From: Mantamonas sphyraenae STR306
Lineage: Eukaryota; Protista; CRuMs
NCBI GenBank assembly: GCA_026936335.1
Contig: JAPMXV010000055.1
Coordinates: 186,001-250,000 of the forward strand
Direction: 5' to 3'
DNA length: 64,000 bases
The notes below the pieces were generated by a model. It ran no database searches. It worked only from the letters and a program-made list of their open reading frames with translations, and was not told where the DNA came from. Below, in pieces: positions 47,652 to 58,891 of the stretch (positions are counted from its first letter, which is position 1; the number at the start of each line of letters is the position of its first letter). A program made the position numbers and the translations under genes.

Positions 47652-49396
47652 TCACCACACCATTCCCACGACCACGCAGGCAACCACCCACGCCACAACG
47701 CCACGTACAACCCTGCTAGCACCGCTAGTCTCCGTCTCCTTCTTCTTGCCATTGCTGTTGTTACCATCATCGTTCTTGCCGTTGCTCTTGGTCCCTGGGC
47801 AACGCACACGCACGCTCTCCTTGGCCGAGAGCGTCAAGCACGACTCCACGTCGCCCTCCTTGAGCGGGAAGCCCAGCTTCTTCACCAATCCCTTGCCATT
47901 TGCACCACCCACGCAGTATGCGCGCAGCAGACCGGTGTTGGTGTTGTTCAGCATCGAAAACGTCTGCGCAATGCCTGAGCATTGCGACGAGTTGGTGAAG
48001 AGCTCCACGGTGACGTTGTTGTTGTTTTCCACGTGGATTGGGACGGGCATGCAGCTGATGCCCACGCCTGCAGAGCAGTTGGACAGCGTTCTCGAGTGCA
48101 GCAGCTGTCCGGTGCAAGTGCTGCCTTCGTACGTCAGATGCACGGGCATTCCGTTGGCATCGCAGCCCTGCTTCGTGCTGTAGGTGTTGAACGATGTGCA
48201 GCCCACCTCGCTGTCCCACGCCGCTGTGGCGTTGGTCGGATCACCGCATGTGGCCGACTTGAAGTTTGTCCACGGTTTCACCACGGAACGCGGCACAATG
48301 GGCATCTTGGTGTACGCATTCGGCTTGAAATCTGGCCAGTCTCGGCCACACAAGTACTTGCCGAGCAGTTCGCTGTTGTGGTCGTAGAACTGGTCGGTCA
48401 CTTGCACAATCTCGCCTGTGCAGTCCTTGTCGGCATACAACTCCACGCGCACGGACCCATCGTCTTCACAGAAGAGACGGATGGAGGAGAACGAATCCAT
48501 ACCGACCAGTTGACCGCGTGGCAGACATTTGCCCTGGCGGGCAATGACCAAATCCACAACCTTGCTGCCGTTGATGGCAAACATGGGATCCAACGGCTTG
48601 TCCTGGATCACAAGCACAATCACGGGTCCGGTCATGGGGATGCCGCTCTGGCACACATGGTCGATGTACGAGGCGTTGTACCCTGTGCCCACGCGCGAGC
48701 ACATGTTTTGCTGGATGGGCTTGGCAGCCTGGAACCCCGTGGCCGGCAGCTTGTACTTGCCATTCACCTGAGGCACAGTCTCTTGCATGTACTGCGAGAA
48801 GCACAGTCGCAGCTCTTGCAAGTTGAATCCTCCGCCGCGCTTCTGCCATTCGATGCCAGCGACCTCGGATGCCATGCCACACGACTCTGCAGTTTCCCAC
48901 AGCATGCGAGAGTAGCCGTACGGTTGGTCGGCTGTGGGTGCTTGTGGGCGGGTCTTCCATCCGTCGGGGATGGCGTCAAACTTCAGATTCGGCCAGCTGT
49001 CGCCGCAACGCGCAAAGAAGAGCTGCGTGTGACCGGTGCGCTCCAACCGCTTCACCTCATCGTCTCCATGGATGACTTGGGCCGTTCCACTGCATCCGGC
49101 GCCACTGTAGAGGGTCCACTGGGGGCGGTTGTTGACGCAAGCGTATCGGTACCAACCTTGCTGCTCGAGCCGGAGCCAGCCCCATCCGTGACCAGTGCTT
49201 GACCGTCACTCTGGCCACCAGCCATGCCATGGTCCATCGTGGCTGCAAAGTCCTCTCTGGTGTTGGTTCGAGCCAGCTCGAGCAAGTCACCGTACGCCCG
49301 GTGGGAAACACCCTCGTGGATCAGCGTCAGGGCGCCCAGACGGACTGGTCGAATACACCCTGACCCGAGCCCCCCCCGACACCACACACACCACAC
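47652..49396 (-). CDS. Cys-rich, probably GPI-anchored surface protein; 5' end uncertain; frameshift at ~49180-49183
   Basis: Recurring C-x(9-11)-Y/F-x4-5-C-[ST]-G modules (TLYSGAGCSG, VELYADKDCTG, LTYEGSTCTG, VELFTNSSQCSG) and N-glycosylation sequons. The C-terminus SGAS plus hydrophobic tail resembles a GPI signal. No signal peptide was located. Confidence 0.6.
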
Positions 49397-49411
49397 ACCA
49401 CACAGCTCATC

Positions 49412-49804
49412 TCACCCTCCTGCCTTCTTCTTTTGTGCCAACTTGGCTTCCAATGCGGCAAAGGCATCCATGGAGGCCTCCACACGCTGTGTCTGAGGGT
49501 TGGACACGGGTTCCGGCTCGGGTTTGCCCTTCTGCTTGGCCAGCTGAGCCTGCTGGGCATTGTATGCTGCCATTTGTGTGTTGTACACCACCCACACACA
49601 TGTGTCACACCCTGTGCCACAGCATTCGTATGGTTCGGGTTCCCTCGGTTTCTCCAGCAATGTTTCCGTCGTGGTGGTGGTGGTGGTGGTGGTGGTGGTG
49701 GTCGCCGCCGAGCTGAGTGTCCTCGTCGTCTGATGGCTCACACATCCCTCCCACACACCGCCGACTGCTCGAGACATGCCCCCACGGCCGAGTCGAGCCC
49801 ACAT
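49412..49804 (-). CDS. Oxidoreductase-like domain protein (Oxidored-like/OXLD1 type)
   Basis: Motif PREPEPYECCGTGCDTCVWVVY and C-terminal SMDAFAALEAKL. The N-terminus is Thr/Arg-rich and may be a mitochondrial transit peptide. Start codon uncertain. Confidence 0.8.
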   Translation of the reverse strand: MWARLGRGGMSRAVGGVWEGCVSHQTTRTLSSAATTTTTTTTTTTTETLLEKPREPEPYECCGTGCDTCVWVVYNTQMAAYNAQQAQLAKQKGKPEPEPVSNPQTQRVEASMDAFAALEAKLAQKKKAGG

Positions 49805-49872
49805 TCGGCGAGTGAATGTGTGAGTTGTGTCTGGTCACCGCGCGCACGTGTGTGCAACCCCCCCCCTACAAC

Positions 49873-51917
49873 ATGCTACTGTCCATCATTGTGCAAACTG
49901 CGCAGGGTGACAACCTGTTTGTCATTGCGTAAGTGTTTCGTTGCCTCTGCTTACTTGGACGTCGACGTCTTTTGGCCACGAGCAGTTTGTCGGTTCGTTG
50001 ATCTCCGCTCTCTCGACACACACTCACTCACGCTTACTCTTCCCCCCCTCCGCCACAGCCGGGACAGCGTGCCACTGGCTGCCTGCCAGTCGGCTGCACA
50101 GGATTTTGCCGACACTGCGTTTCTGGAGACGGCACAGGATTATGTTAAAGGGTATGGTGGCATACGTGGCGGGCTACGGGTGCGGGTGTGAAGAGGGAAA
50201 TCTGACGCGTTTGTTGGCGCCCTGAACGACACACAGGCCTCGAAGCGCACCCCCGAACCATGTGGAGGGGTACAAGATGTTGAATGATCTGTACCAGGTG
50301 CATTACAAGCTGTGCCACAGCGATGTGTACGTGCTGGTGTTGTGTCAACTGCAAGACAACGCGTTTGTGGGCCAGCAAGCCTTGGCAGACACTCTGACTG
50401 TGCTAAGCCGTCACACAAAAGACCAAATCACCACCAAGGCCCTGTGCGGCCTGGGGAAGGCGTATGCACACGTGTATGCTGAACTGGAGGAGCTACTGTA
50501 CGGGCAACAACAAGCAGCAGGTCAGGCTGAACAACAACAGGGACATGGACAGCAACAAGTGTTGGCACCCGGATGGGAGGATATCATGAACGGAGCCAAT
50601 GAGAGCAAACTGATGTCACAGAGTGCATACGGCTTGTCGTTTGCCATGCCCACGTTTGAGGCAGCGTTTGAGGAGGAGAACGAGGTTGACATGGCGTCCA
50701 ATGCCATCTCGTTCAACACACCCATGAGTGGGCTGAGCAGTTCAGTGAGTGAGGATGTGCTGAACAACCTGACGTCGCTGGAGGGTGAACCATCGTTCAG
50801 TCTGGAGGAGACCACCGCCTCGTTGACACCGGTACTGAGTGTGGTGGACACCCCGGAGATGGAGTCGCCTGTGGACACACACCTGGACACAGGCAAGGTG
50901 GCCGAGGGAACAGCAGACGGGCCAGAGGAGGATGGTACGCAGCACGAACGCAGCAGCAGCACATCGGAGGAGCCACTGGAATTGGAGGTGGCAGTGGCGG
51001 ACAGCACAAAGGAGCAAGTGGAGGAGGACAAGGAGACAGAGACAGTATCAACATCCACAACAGAAGGAAGTGCTGGTGGTGCGGGTGGTGCATTGGAAGC
51101 GGTATTTATTGTAAAGGAGAACCTGGCGACAGAGCACAAAGAGGGCAAGGTGAGCAGCAACACCGTGATGGGCGACCTGTTTATGCAGGTGACGGCTGGT
51201 CTGCAAGACAAGGAGGACAAAGAAGAGGTGGAAATGGTGGTGCGGGTGGAAGCGTCGGTGGAGGGCAGCGTCGGCTCGTCGTCGTCGTCGTCGGCACACT
51301 GCATCAAAAAGGCGCTGCTGCGAGCCAACAACGCAGCAGTGCGCAAGATGGAACAGAGCAGCGGCGGATGGGTGCTCAATGTGCACACAAGTGCAGGGGA
51401 GGCACGTGCAGGCGTGGTGTTGCTCAAGTACAAGGTGTCGGAGTGTGGAGTGGAGCCCCTGCGCGTGGTTGCCAAGTGGAAGATGGGCCAAGGGAGTGCC
51501 AGTGTGATGGTGCAGTACATGCCCCATGGGCGTGTGGTCACCCAGGACTTGGAGGACATGCAGGTGTTGGTGCCCGTCCATGGCCAGGCTACGGGCAAGA
51601 ACAAGAGTGCCCCACGCATCAAGTGGACAAGCAAAACATCGGCCATGTGGGAGGTCGACAGGGTGCCTGCAGGTGCAAAGGCACAGGTTCTCCAGGCCTT
51701 GTTTGAACTCACCCAACCTGGCAAAGCAGACTGCATCAAGACACGCTACAACGCTCCAGGCTTGTCTTGCCTCGCTCCGGTGATCACCCTCCAAAACGGT
51801 GTCCAGGCTCAGGTCCAACAGTCCCTCAAGGTACTCCTCCAAACACACCCTCCATCCTCCACAGAGGCATCAGCAGCATCCGAATCATCATCGTCATCAT
51901 CATCATCATCATCGTGA
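49873..51917 (+). CDS. TSET/TPLATE complex medium subunit (TCUP/TML-like): N-terminal longin-like domain plus muniscin-type mu-homology domain; introns ~49929-50058 and 50152-50236
   Basis: Spliced N-terminus MLLSIIVQTAQGDNLFVIARD...YQVHYKLCHSDVYVLVL...NAF...ITTKALCGLGKAYAHVYAELEELLYG resembles TML as I recall it. An acidic linker precedes the MHD IVKENL..VMGDL..LLKYKV..PLRVVAKWK..VMVQY..LEDMQVLVP..SAPRIKW..MWEV. Confidence 0.7.
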
Positions 51918-51964
51918 GACTGGGAGAGTGCGTCGGCGCTGCCAAAGGGAACCCTGCAGCGGAG

Positions 51965-53715
51965 ATGGACGAGGATGACAAACCCAAGCTGCAGCCCAAG
52001 GCACAAGCTCGCAGACGCAAGAGCACAAAGGGCAAAACCAAAAAGGGAATGTATGTTGGTTGTGGAATGGCATGGACGGGGAGGATTTCAATGGCTTTGG
52101 GTTTTCGCGGGAACGGGGACGCGGAACTGACGCCGTGGGGTCATTGCACGCACACACGGGGATGGGGGATTGTGTGCACGTATGGAACATGTTGCATGTT
52201 GACCACATAGTGCACAAATGGGAGCGAGTGAGAACATGAACAAGCAGACTACGCGCGAGAGTAAGTGGGGGGCAAGGCATGCGACGGGTGAGCAAGGCAC
52301 GCACACACTCACACACACACCACACACACACAACACACACACACATGGACACAGAGCAAAAGTCACGCAAGGCAATGAAGCAGACGGGTCGTCGGCCTCG
52401 GCAGACTGTGCAGGGACAGGTGATGTTTGACGCAGGGGCTGAAAAGAGCAGGCGGAACACAACGACGACGTATTCACGGCAAGCGTCGGTGCAAGTGGTG
52501 GGAAAGTCGTTGACAGAACTGTTGCAGGAGGAGAACAAGGCGGAGGGGGCTGTGTATGGGTCGGGTGGAGGCGAAGGAGGAGGAGGAGGTGGAGGTGGAG
52601 GACGCAGCGGAGGGACGTCGGGTGAGCGATCGTCCACACGGAACAACACGTCAAGTGGAAGCACGTCCATGCGCATGCAGTACGAGTTGGATGAACACTC
52701 GAGTGATGAGGAAGAGGACACATTGGATGCAGAGGGACGGTATGCACCCATCACCCTGCCCCTGGACAACACAGCGGGGGGTGGGAACAGCAGCCGAGGT
52801 GTGGATGCGGATGGCAGCAAGCAGGAGGGCATGGAGCTGGAGGATGACGAGGAGAGGGAACAGGGAGACGACGCCATGGAGACAGAGGGCAAGAACAGGC
52901 GGGGCAAGGCAGCACCGTTGTTGGGCAGTGCCACAGAGGCACAGGCAAAGGCGCTGCGTGCCACGGCCTCGTTCTCCGAATATTCTTACCAGGACGAGGA
53001 CGAGGGTAGCAATCTGCCTCTGCATGACAGCGATGGCAACATGTTGCCCAATGGCTCCATGGTCCTTGTGCAGTTGCCCATCTGCCTACCGCTGCGTGCC
53101 TCCAAAGACGCAAAGGCAAGTGCACGCGCCATCGATCGCGTCCGCTCCACACACTCCCTCAGCACGACGTCAGCCTCCACTGCCGCCGGTGTTGCACGTG
53201 GAGATGCAACAACATCATCGTCATCGTCATCGTCATCGGCGTCCTCGTCATCGTCGTCCTCCTCTTCTGGCAGCACCACGACGACAACCACCACCAGCAC
53301 GAGCTCCTCCTCGGAATCGTCGTCGTCCTCATCTTCCTCGAACAACAACACAGGCATGGCCCTGGAAAACACAAACAACACCAGTGCCTCGTCGCTGGAG
53401 CTGCAGGCTGTGGACGCCATGACGGCCATCCGCACACACCCTGCCGAGTGCAAACCAACCATTTCCGACAGCATCCCCAGCGGCCAGTTTGGTACCATCC
53501 GCTACTACAAGAGCGGCAAGGTGCAGATGATTGTGGGCGATGTCATCTTTGACTTTTCGGAAGGCACCCAGACCCAATGCGCCGAAGTCGCCTCGATCAT
53601 CCAACCGCCGCCACGAGGGCAGACTCAGGGCGACCTGGCTGTCCTTGGGCAGATCAAGCAACGTGTTGTGGTCGACCTGGCTATGGATGACATGCTGGAG
53701 AAGGCGATGGGATGA
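51965..53715 (+). CDS. POLR3D: RNA polymerase III subunit RPC4 (C53); 3 exons
   Basis: N-terminal KPKLQPKAQARRRK, then YAPITLP, LVQLPICLP, and the C-terminal domain GQFGTIRYYKSGKVQMIVGDVIFDFSEG..LAVLGQIKQRVVV. Both introns are phase-consistent through a small middle exon (52211-52260). Confidence 0.85.
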
Positions 53716-53899
53716 GGGCGATGGAACCATGCAGTAAATTTTGATTCACATAGAAATTGTTTGTTTGGACGCGTGTGTGTGATTTGTGTCTGAATCAAAA
53801 AAGAAGATGTTGGTCGCATTCCATCGCTGGAGCACGTGTCCATCAAGGTCGACCAAGGTCGATGTGTCGTGTTCTTCCATCCATCCATTCATTGGCCCT

Positions 53900-56800
53900 C
53901 TACACGGGATCATCCTCGTCCATCTGCGCAAACTCGCTGTTGGGCTCCTCCTCCCAGTCCTCTGTGGGTGTCACAGCACGGTATCCCAGGAAGGAGTCGA
54001 CGGAGGAGTCCCCGGTTTGTGTATGCGTGCCAAGGCCTGCGCTGATGGGCCTTGTGCCGAGCTCGTCCCATTGCATGCTGTGTGAGGAGACTTCGTCCTC
54101 GTCATCGGCTGGCAACTCGTGCACACCCATGCTCGAGTGGGCGCGTGCGGTGTAGCCCATGGAGAAGAGACTCCGTTCGCTTGCGTTGCTGTGCAGTGTG
54201 TGACTCGACTGTGGTCGCGCAGACGTAGTGCCTGTGGTGCCACCTGCAGCTCCGCTGCGTCCCACGTCGTTCCAAAACTCGCCTGCGCCACCGCTCTCGC
54301 TGAGGTCTTCATCTGTGATCACTTGCGATGTGTCCAGTGGCCTCACTCGCCTCCTCCCGACCCCGTTCTGCTTCATGACCGCGCTCAGCGGCGACAGGTC
54401 GTCGTTTGAGGATGGCGAAGCATCGCCTGCCTCACCAGCGCCTCCACCCGCGCCAGCGTCCCTGTCTTTGCCCGCAGTCCCCCTGCTGCTTCCAACCCCG
54501 CCTGCATCTACACCTCCTCCACTTCGTCCGTTTGCACGCAGACTCTGGTTGTATGCGGCCCTGTGTTGCAGCGGGGAGCCTACAGCGTTGTCGGGAAAGC
54601 GTGCCTTCTTCTTGCGAGCCCTTGCGCGATTCCTTCCCTTGTGCATGGTCTGGCGTCCCTGTGCGAGCACCTGTTTGCGTCTGGGAATGAGAGGGGAGGC
54701 TCCCATGCTTGTGTCTGTGCGCAGGTCTTCGTCTTCGGGATCCGAGAGGGCGCCGTCGTCCTTCAGACTCAACGAAAACAGACTGTCGGACAACTCATCG
54801 GTGGTTGTGTTGGTGGCTGTGCTTGTGTCCCATCGTTCCCTCTTGCCTGTCATGTTCTGTCCAGGCAACAAAGGAGGCAACGGACGCACATGGCTACCCC
54901 GAACGCCCTGCGACTGCTGTGTCGTTTGCTGCTGCTGTTCCTGCTGCTGTTGTCGATCTTGTTCATGGTGATGGTGATGATGATGATGATGATGATGATG
55001 AGAAGGTGGATCAGGGTGCTGCTGTGGCGTATGGTGGTGCAATGCTTGTCCCGCTTGTGTGTGCTGCTGATGCGATGCCTGTACAATCACCTGTGGGCCG
55101 TTTGCGCTCGTGTGTGTCCCTGTGCCCATGTGAATCAACAGGTCGTCTGTGCTGCTGCCGGTGCCGGTCAACGATGCCACTCCCATTGCACTCTGTGCAC
55201 GTGTAGGTTGTGCGGCAACGACCACACTCCCTGCCTCCCCATCCTCCGCCACCTGCAATCCATACCGCCTGGCCTCAAAGTGAAACTCCATAGGGATCTG
55301 CAACGAGTTGGATCGCTTCGTGCGCATTGGAGGCGGCGTGCTTGCCTCTCCACGTCTCTCCCCACCCGCATGGTTCACATCCTCCCCCGCATTGGTGGTG
55401 GTGGTGTTGCCGCCGCCGCCCATGGCCTGCTGCAGTGTCTTGCGTGCCCGTGGCGACGGTGACTTTTTCTCCGACGACGGCGACTTGCGTCCCAGGTTGT
55501 GTGGTGAACGCGACCGCGATCTGGACCGCGAGCGCGACCTGCGTCCGCCTGCACCTGCAGCTGCATCTGCCGCAGCTGCAGCTGCCAACATGTCTGCGGC
55601 AGCGACGGCAGCACTGGATTCACTGCGTCCCAGATGCACATGTGGGGAACGTGAGCGGCGTGAGGTGGTGCTTGTGCTGCTGCCCACACTGCTGGCTCCA
55701 TCTGAAGATCGCCTGCTGTGTCCCATGGGAGAACGAGACGTGTCTCTTCCCGACGGTGGGCTTCCTCCATCCTCGTCCTCCACCATGGCGTCGTCTTCCA
55801 CCACGGGTGTCACAATGCGTGGCAGACTCGTTGCGCTTTCGCTCTTTGTCTTGCGCACCTTGGGTCGTGTGGAACTGCCTGAACTCGTGCTACTGATGCT
55901 CATACTGCTGGTGTCTGACATGACACTGCTGCTGCTGTTTGTGTTGTTGTTCTTGCTGCGTGTGTTCAGGCGTCCTTCCAACCCCTCCTCCCGCACCTTG
56001 CGATACCGTCGCACGCGTGACCGTGTCTTTGGCTGCTTCCTCAGACGGAACTCCTCACTCATCGACTCCATGGTGCTGTTGACAAACTCCCGGTCGTAGA
56101 TGGACGACCCCGACACACGCCTGGGTTCCTCCGTCGTCTTCTCCTCTATCCGCCTCCCTTCCGACGATTGCGGTCGTCGTCGATTCCCTCGCTTGGTGAT
56201 GCTACTGGAGTCACTCAGCTTCCACGATGTGATGTTCAGGTTGTAGTCGTCGTCACCACCACCGAGGGTGGAGGCACCACCACCACCACCAGCACCCACA
56301 CCCCACCCGTACTCCCTGTCATCGTCATCATTGGTTGACACCCCCTTCAATGCACGCTCCAATGCCTTTCCCTGTTGCTTGAGTGCATTGATGTCCTGCA
56401 GTCGCCGTGTGTGTTCGTCGTACCCCAGGCCGGCACTGGAACGTGCGCTGCGTTCCAACCCCTCCCACGTGATCGCCTCTGCAGGATATACCTTCTCCTC
56501 ACTGTCCGTCTCCACATGGAACGAGTACGGGTTCAGCTTGGAGGGTGGCGTGGCGCCTGCCTGCACGCTGCTCACAATGTCGCTGGCCACCTTTTGCTTC
56601 ATCTGTGCCAACGCCTCGGCCGGCGTTTGTTGACTCCTCTTGGGCAGCTTCCAGTGCACCATCATGCTGTCCAACTCTGCTGCCTCTCGGTCCTCGCTGC
56701 TCTCCTCCACAAGCATCCCCGACTGTTCGCTCTCCTTCCGTTCCTTGCTGTTGCGCCGTCCCTTGGCACGTCCTCCCGACCCGCGCCGCGAGCCCGCGGA

Positions 56801-57193
56801 ATTGCCCTCTCTCCTTTGCGGCTTCCGTGCCTCCCCTCGGCCGCCAGAGTCACCGGTGCCACTGCGTGCGTTGCCCACTCGTCGTGAAGAGTCGCCCGGC
56901 CCCTGGTTCATACTCAGGTCCAGCAGCATGTCCATCGAGCCGTACTCCCCCAGCAGGGCATTGCTTCCGCCCGTCAACACTTCCACACCCCCCGCTGCTT
57001 CGTACACCATTCCATCCACTTCAATCGCCAGGGCGCTGTCCATCCCTCTCAAGTCCAATTCCTGCACGTCCGATTGTCCCGTGCCGCTGATCCCGCCGCT
57101 GTGAGGCACATCCCCGAACAAAAGTGAGTTGTCCAAATCTCCCAGAGTCCCCGCGTCCAGCGCTTCGTTCAGCGCTTGGTCAAACTCTTCCAT
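53900..57193 (-). CDS. Hypothetical, largely disordered Ser/Arg/His/Gln-rich protein (~1,100 aa)
   Basis: Long uninterrupted ORF with a probable start at MEEFDQALNE (57193). Contains an RSRSRS tract, poly-H and poly-Q; no recognisable domain. Confidence 0.7.
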   Translation of the reverse strand: MEEFDQALNEALDAGTLGDLDNSLLFGDVPHSGGISGTGQSDVQELDLRGMDSALAIEVDGMVYEAAGGVEVLTGGSNALLGEYGSMDMLLDLSMNQGPGDSSRRVGNARSGTGDSGGRGEARKPQRREGNSAGSRRGSGGRAKGRRNSKERKESEQSGMLVEESSEDREAAELDSMMVHWKLPKRSQQTPAEALAQMKQKVASDIVSSVQAGATPPSKLNPYSFHVETDSEEKVYPAEAITWEGLERSARSSAGLGYDEHTRRLQDINALKQQGKALERALKGVSTNDDDDREYGWGVGAGGGGGASTLGGGDDDYNLNITSWKLSDSSSITKRGNRRRPQSSEGRRIEEKTTEEPRRVSGSSIYDREFVNSTMESMSEEFRLRKQPKTRSRVRRYRKVREEGLEGRLNTRSKNNNTNSSSSVMSDTSSMSISSTSSGSSTRPKVRKTKSESATSLPRIVTPVVEDDAMVEDEDGGSPPSGRDTSRSPMGHSRRSSDGASSVGSSTSTTSRRSRSPHVHLGRSESSAAVAAADMLAAAAAADAAAGAGGRRSRSRSRSRSRSPHNLGRKSPSSEKKSPSPRARKTLQQAMGGGGNTTTTNAGEDVNHAGGERRGEASTPPPMRTKRSNSLQIPMEFHFEARRYGLQVAEDGEAGSVVVAAQPTRAQSAMGVASLTGTGSSTDDLLIHMGTGTHTSANGPQVIVQASHQQHTQAGQALHHHTPQQHPDPPSHHHHHHHHHHHHEQDRQQQQEQQQQTTQQSQGVRGSHVRPLPPLLPGQNMTGKRERWDTSTATNTTTDELSDSLFSLSLKDDGALSDPEDEDLRTDTSMGASPLIPRRKQVLAQGRQTMHKGRNRARARKKKARFPDNAVGSPLQHRAAYNQSLRANGRSGGGVDAGGVGSSRGTAGKDRDAGAGGGAGEAGDASPSSNDDLSPLSAVMKQNGVGRRRVRPLDTSQVITDEDLSESGGAGEFWNDVGRSGAAGGTTGTTSARPQSSHTLHSNASERSLFSMGYTARAHSSMGVHELPADDEDEVSSHSMQWDELGTRPISAGLGTHTQTGDSSVDSFLGYRAVTPTEDWEEEPNSEFAQMDEDDPV

Positions 57194-57384
57194 GTCGTTG
57201 CCTCTGCGGTGTGTGGTCGTGTGGCAGCAGCTCTCTTGTGGTTCGAAAGGGTCTGGTTGGGGCGGAGACTGCGCAATGGAAGGCCGTTGGAAAGTTTTGT
57301 ATTGGGTGCATTGGCAGTGTGGGCAGTGTGTGGCATCCACTCGCAAGGTGTCCCTCTGGCAGTGTACATTCCCGTTGTCTCCAC

Positions 57385-58714
57385 TCACTCCCCACCACGC
57401 AACCTGACCCCATTGAGACTGGCCAACCCATGCAGGCACCGGATGTCCGTGAGTGCATCATTCAAATCCGCCCCTGCTCCATCAACTCCTTCACAATGTC
57501 TCCATCCTGTTTGAAGATTGCCCACATGATCGGCGACCAACCCGTCTCCGTTCTTGCGTGCACATCCGCCCCTCTGCTGAGCAACAACTGCACCAATCCC
57601 ACCGACCCGGATGTTACTGCCCACACCAACGGACCCGCCCCATCAGTCCCCACCCCATCGATGTGTGCGCCGTAATCCAGCAACAAGTGTGCCGTTTCCT
57701 CCTGTCCACTCTGGCAAGCAAGCACCAAAGCCGTCCCCCCACTTGCCTTGGCTGCATTTGGATTTGCTCCTGCCTTCAACAGTGTCTCTGTGACCTGCCT
57801 GTGTCCCTCGTGTGCGGCCTCCATCAACGCAGTGGCCCCGTGCCTGTCTGTGACATCCACAGGCACCTTCCATTCCAGCATCATCTCCACAATGGCATTG
57901 TGTCCTTTGCCTGCCGCTCGGAACATGGCTCTCGCCACATCATCAGCCCCCTCACATCCTCCAGCACCGAGCCTCCCACCTGCTCCATCAGCAGTGCAAA
58001 CACCTCTGCGTGTCCGTTCTCGGCAGCGTTGCCCAACGCAGTGTGACCCACGTTGTCTCTCTGTGTCACCGATGCACCAGCTTCAAGCAACAGTGTCACC
58101 ATGTCCGTGTGTCCCGTGTTGGCAGCCATTTGCAGCGCCGTCTCGCCAAACTCTGTGCTCCAGTTCACATTGGCGCCATGCGTGAGCAACAGACGCGCAC
58201 ATCCAAGCAGAGGCCGTCCCGCCGCAATCGTCAACGCCGTCCATGCGGGCTCCCACTCCGCGTCGGCAGGCGCCCCGCGTACCAGCAGCTGCTCCAGCAG
58301 TTCCTCATCCTCCATGTGCACCGCCTTCATGACCATGGATGCCATGGTCTCCTTGGACAACGCACGTCCATGCTTGCTGCAAGCATCCACCAACGCAAGC
58401 ACTGTCTCTGTGGGTCCTTCCCCCACAGCTTGCAGCAGAAAGGTGTCGTCAAACACCGTTGCCCCGTGAGCAATCAACAACACTGCAACCTTGGTGTGTC
58501 CTTTCTTGGTCGCTTTCATCAGTGGCGTGTCACCTCTGGAGTCCACACACTCCACGTCCACGCCATGTTGGAGCACCACCTCTGCCACCACCATTTGTCC
58601 GTGTTCAGCCGCACACAACAATGCCTCCTGCAGCTCCCTCTCGTTGCTGCTCTCCACACAACCCATCACAGTCTCGTTATCCCCCTCCTTTGCTGCCACC
58701 AGCAACTCTTCCAT
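57385..58714 (-). CDS. Ankyrin-repeat protein; two apparent frameshifts (57947-57951, 57471-57474)
   Basis: Ankyrin repeats GDTPLMKATKKGH, GETALQMAANTGH, GHTALGNAAENGH, GATALMEAAHEGH, GGTALVLACQSGQ and GWSPIMWA. One extra G in each G-run restores RGADVARAM and EQGADLN. Confidence 0.85.
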
Positions 58715-58891
58715 GTGTGTGGTCGTTTCGTGTGTTATACTTTTTGTTTTGGATCCCTCTGCGCTCTGCGCTCACTCCACCTTCCACCGCACCTCTTTCT
58801 TCAGAGCTTCTCTTCCACACACACCCACACCCACCTGCCGCATGGTTTTCCCCATGTCCCCACCCCCTTCCCCCCCCGATGTGGCTCTGCT

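Noticed and set aside
57194-57439. Fusion of the ankyrin gene with the downstream 1,179-aa ORF
   Set aside because: After frameshift repair the ankyrin frame stops at 57385, and the next gene has its own ATG at 57193. No clear splice link was found.
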